From positions 68,758,001-68,822,000 of the forward strand of contig JAGIQG010000011.1 of assembly GCA_024679065.1 (NCBI GenBank): a DNA stretch of 64,000 bases, given 5' to 3'. The translations under genes and the position numbers were made by a program. Within the stretch, counting starts at the first letter, position 1; the number at the start of each line of letters is the position of its first letter. The notes under the pieces were generated by a model that worked only from the letters and a program-made list of their open reading frames with translations, did not search any database and was not told the DNA's origin. Shown one piece after another: positions 62,885-64,000 of the stretch. This stretch comes from Sphyrna mokarran (Eukaryota).

Positions 62885-64000
62885 TATAGTCATGGAGGTT
62901 TACAGCATGAAAACAAGCGTTTGGCCAACTTGTTCATGCCACTCAGTTTTACCACTATGTGAGTCCCAATTGCCCACATTTGGCCCATATCCCTCTATAT
63001 CAATCTTACCAATGCAACCTGCCAAAAATGCTTTTTAAAAGGATAAATTGTTTCCGCCTCTATTACTACCCCTAGCAGCCCGTTTCAGACACTCACCTCT
63101 CTCTGTGTGAAAAAATTGCCCCTCTGAACTCTTTTCTATCTCTCTCCTCTCACTTTAAACCTTTGGTTTAGTCTCCCCCATCTTTGGGAAAAGATGTTGA
63201 CTATCTAGATGATCAATGACCCTCATTATTTTTTAGGCCTCTACAAGATCACCCCTAAGCTTCCTCCCTCCAGTGAAAAAAGTCCAACTTTTCCTTGTAA
63301 CTCAAACCATCAAGTCCTGATAGCATCCTACTAAATCTTTTCTGCATTATTTTAGTTTAATAATATCCATTCTATAATAGGGTGACCAGAATTGTGTATC
63401 TTATTCCAAATGTTTCCTTACCAATGTCTTGCACAACTTCAACAAGACACCATAACTCCTGTATTCAATGTTCTGACCAATGAAACCAAGCATGTTGAAT
63501 GACATTTTCACCACTCTGATCACCTGTGACTCCATTTCCAAGGAGATATGAACCTGTACTCCTAGATCTCTTTGTTTTATAACTCTCCCCAGTGCCCTAC
63601 TATTAACTGAGAAAGTTCTGCTCTTGTTTGATCAAACAAAATGTATCACCTCGCATTTGTCTAAATTAAACTCCATCTGCCATTCATTGGCCCACTGGCC
63701 CAATTGATCAAGACTCTGTTGCAATCCCAAATAGTCTTCTTCACTGTCCACTATGCCACAAATCTTGGTGTCATCTGCAAACTTAATAACTATGCCTCCT
63801 ATATTTACATCTAAATCATTATTATAAATGACAAATAACTGTGGACCCAGCATTAATCCCTGAGGCAGACTGCTGAGAACAGGCCTCCAGTTTGAAAAAC
63901 AACAGTCTACAACCAACTTCTGTCTTCTGTCATCAAGCCAACTTTGTCTCCAATTGACTACCTTATCCTGGATCCTGTGAGATACAATCTTATGCAAAAC
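62885..64000 (-). mobile_element. Older CR1 LINE (runs past window end)
   Basis: LPQGLMLGPQLFVIYNNDLD...KFADDTKI...WQMEFNLDKCEVIHF (ORF 63632-63997). Confidence 0.92.

Noticed and set aside
1-64000. CRISPR array, operon or other prokaryotic system
   Set aside because: No regularly spaced repeats and no gene-dense region; the sequence is vertebrate repeat-rich DNA throughout.

Overview
This is 64 kb of AT-rich, CpG-depleted vertebrate DNA. The repeat complement points to an elasmobranch (shark): HE1/V-type tRNA-derived SINEs, HER1/CR1 LINEs with (TTCTATG)n tails, Rex1/Babar, Penelope-like elements and DeuSINE remnants. I found no credible host protein-coding exon, rRNA, true tRNA gene or CRISPR array. 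Every ORF with recognisable protein motifs is a retroelement fragment (CR1 RT, a second CR1/L2-group LINE, Rex1, Tx1 C-terminus, Gypsy RT/integrase, Penelope GIY-YIG). The window looks like a large intron or gene desert with nested insertions and a few repeat-free, TF-motif-dense islands. The top candidate for something new is a young, TSD-flanked V-SINE at 62062-62494 (minus). It has lost its tRNA B box and carries a ~120-nt 5' module predicted to fold into a three-way junction, with pairings favoured on the transcribed strand. Other points of interest: dispersed minimal hammerhead-like motifs in Penelope-derived repeats, a tail-only CR1 insertion, SINE 3'-tail swapping between LINE partners, and a 120-bp inverted duplication. 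All family names and boundaries were assigned by eye, typically within 10-30 bp.
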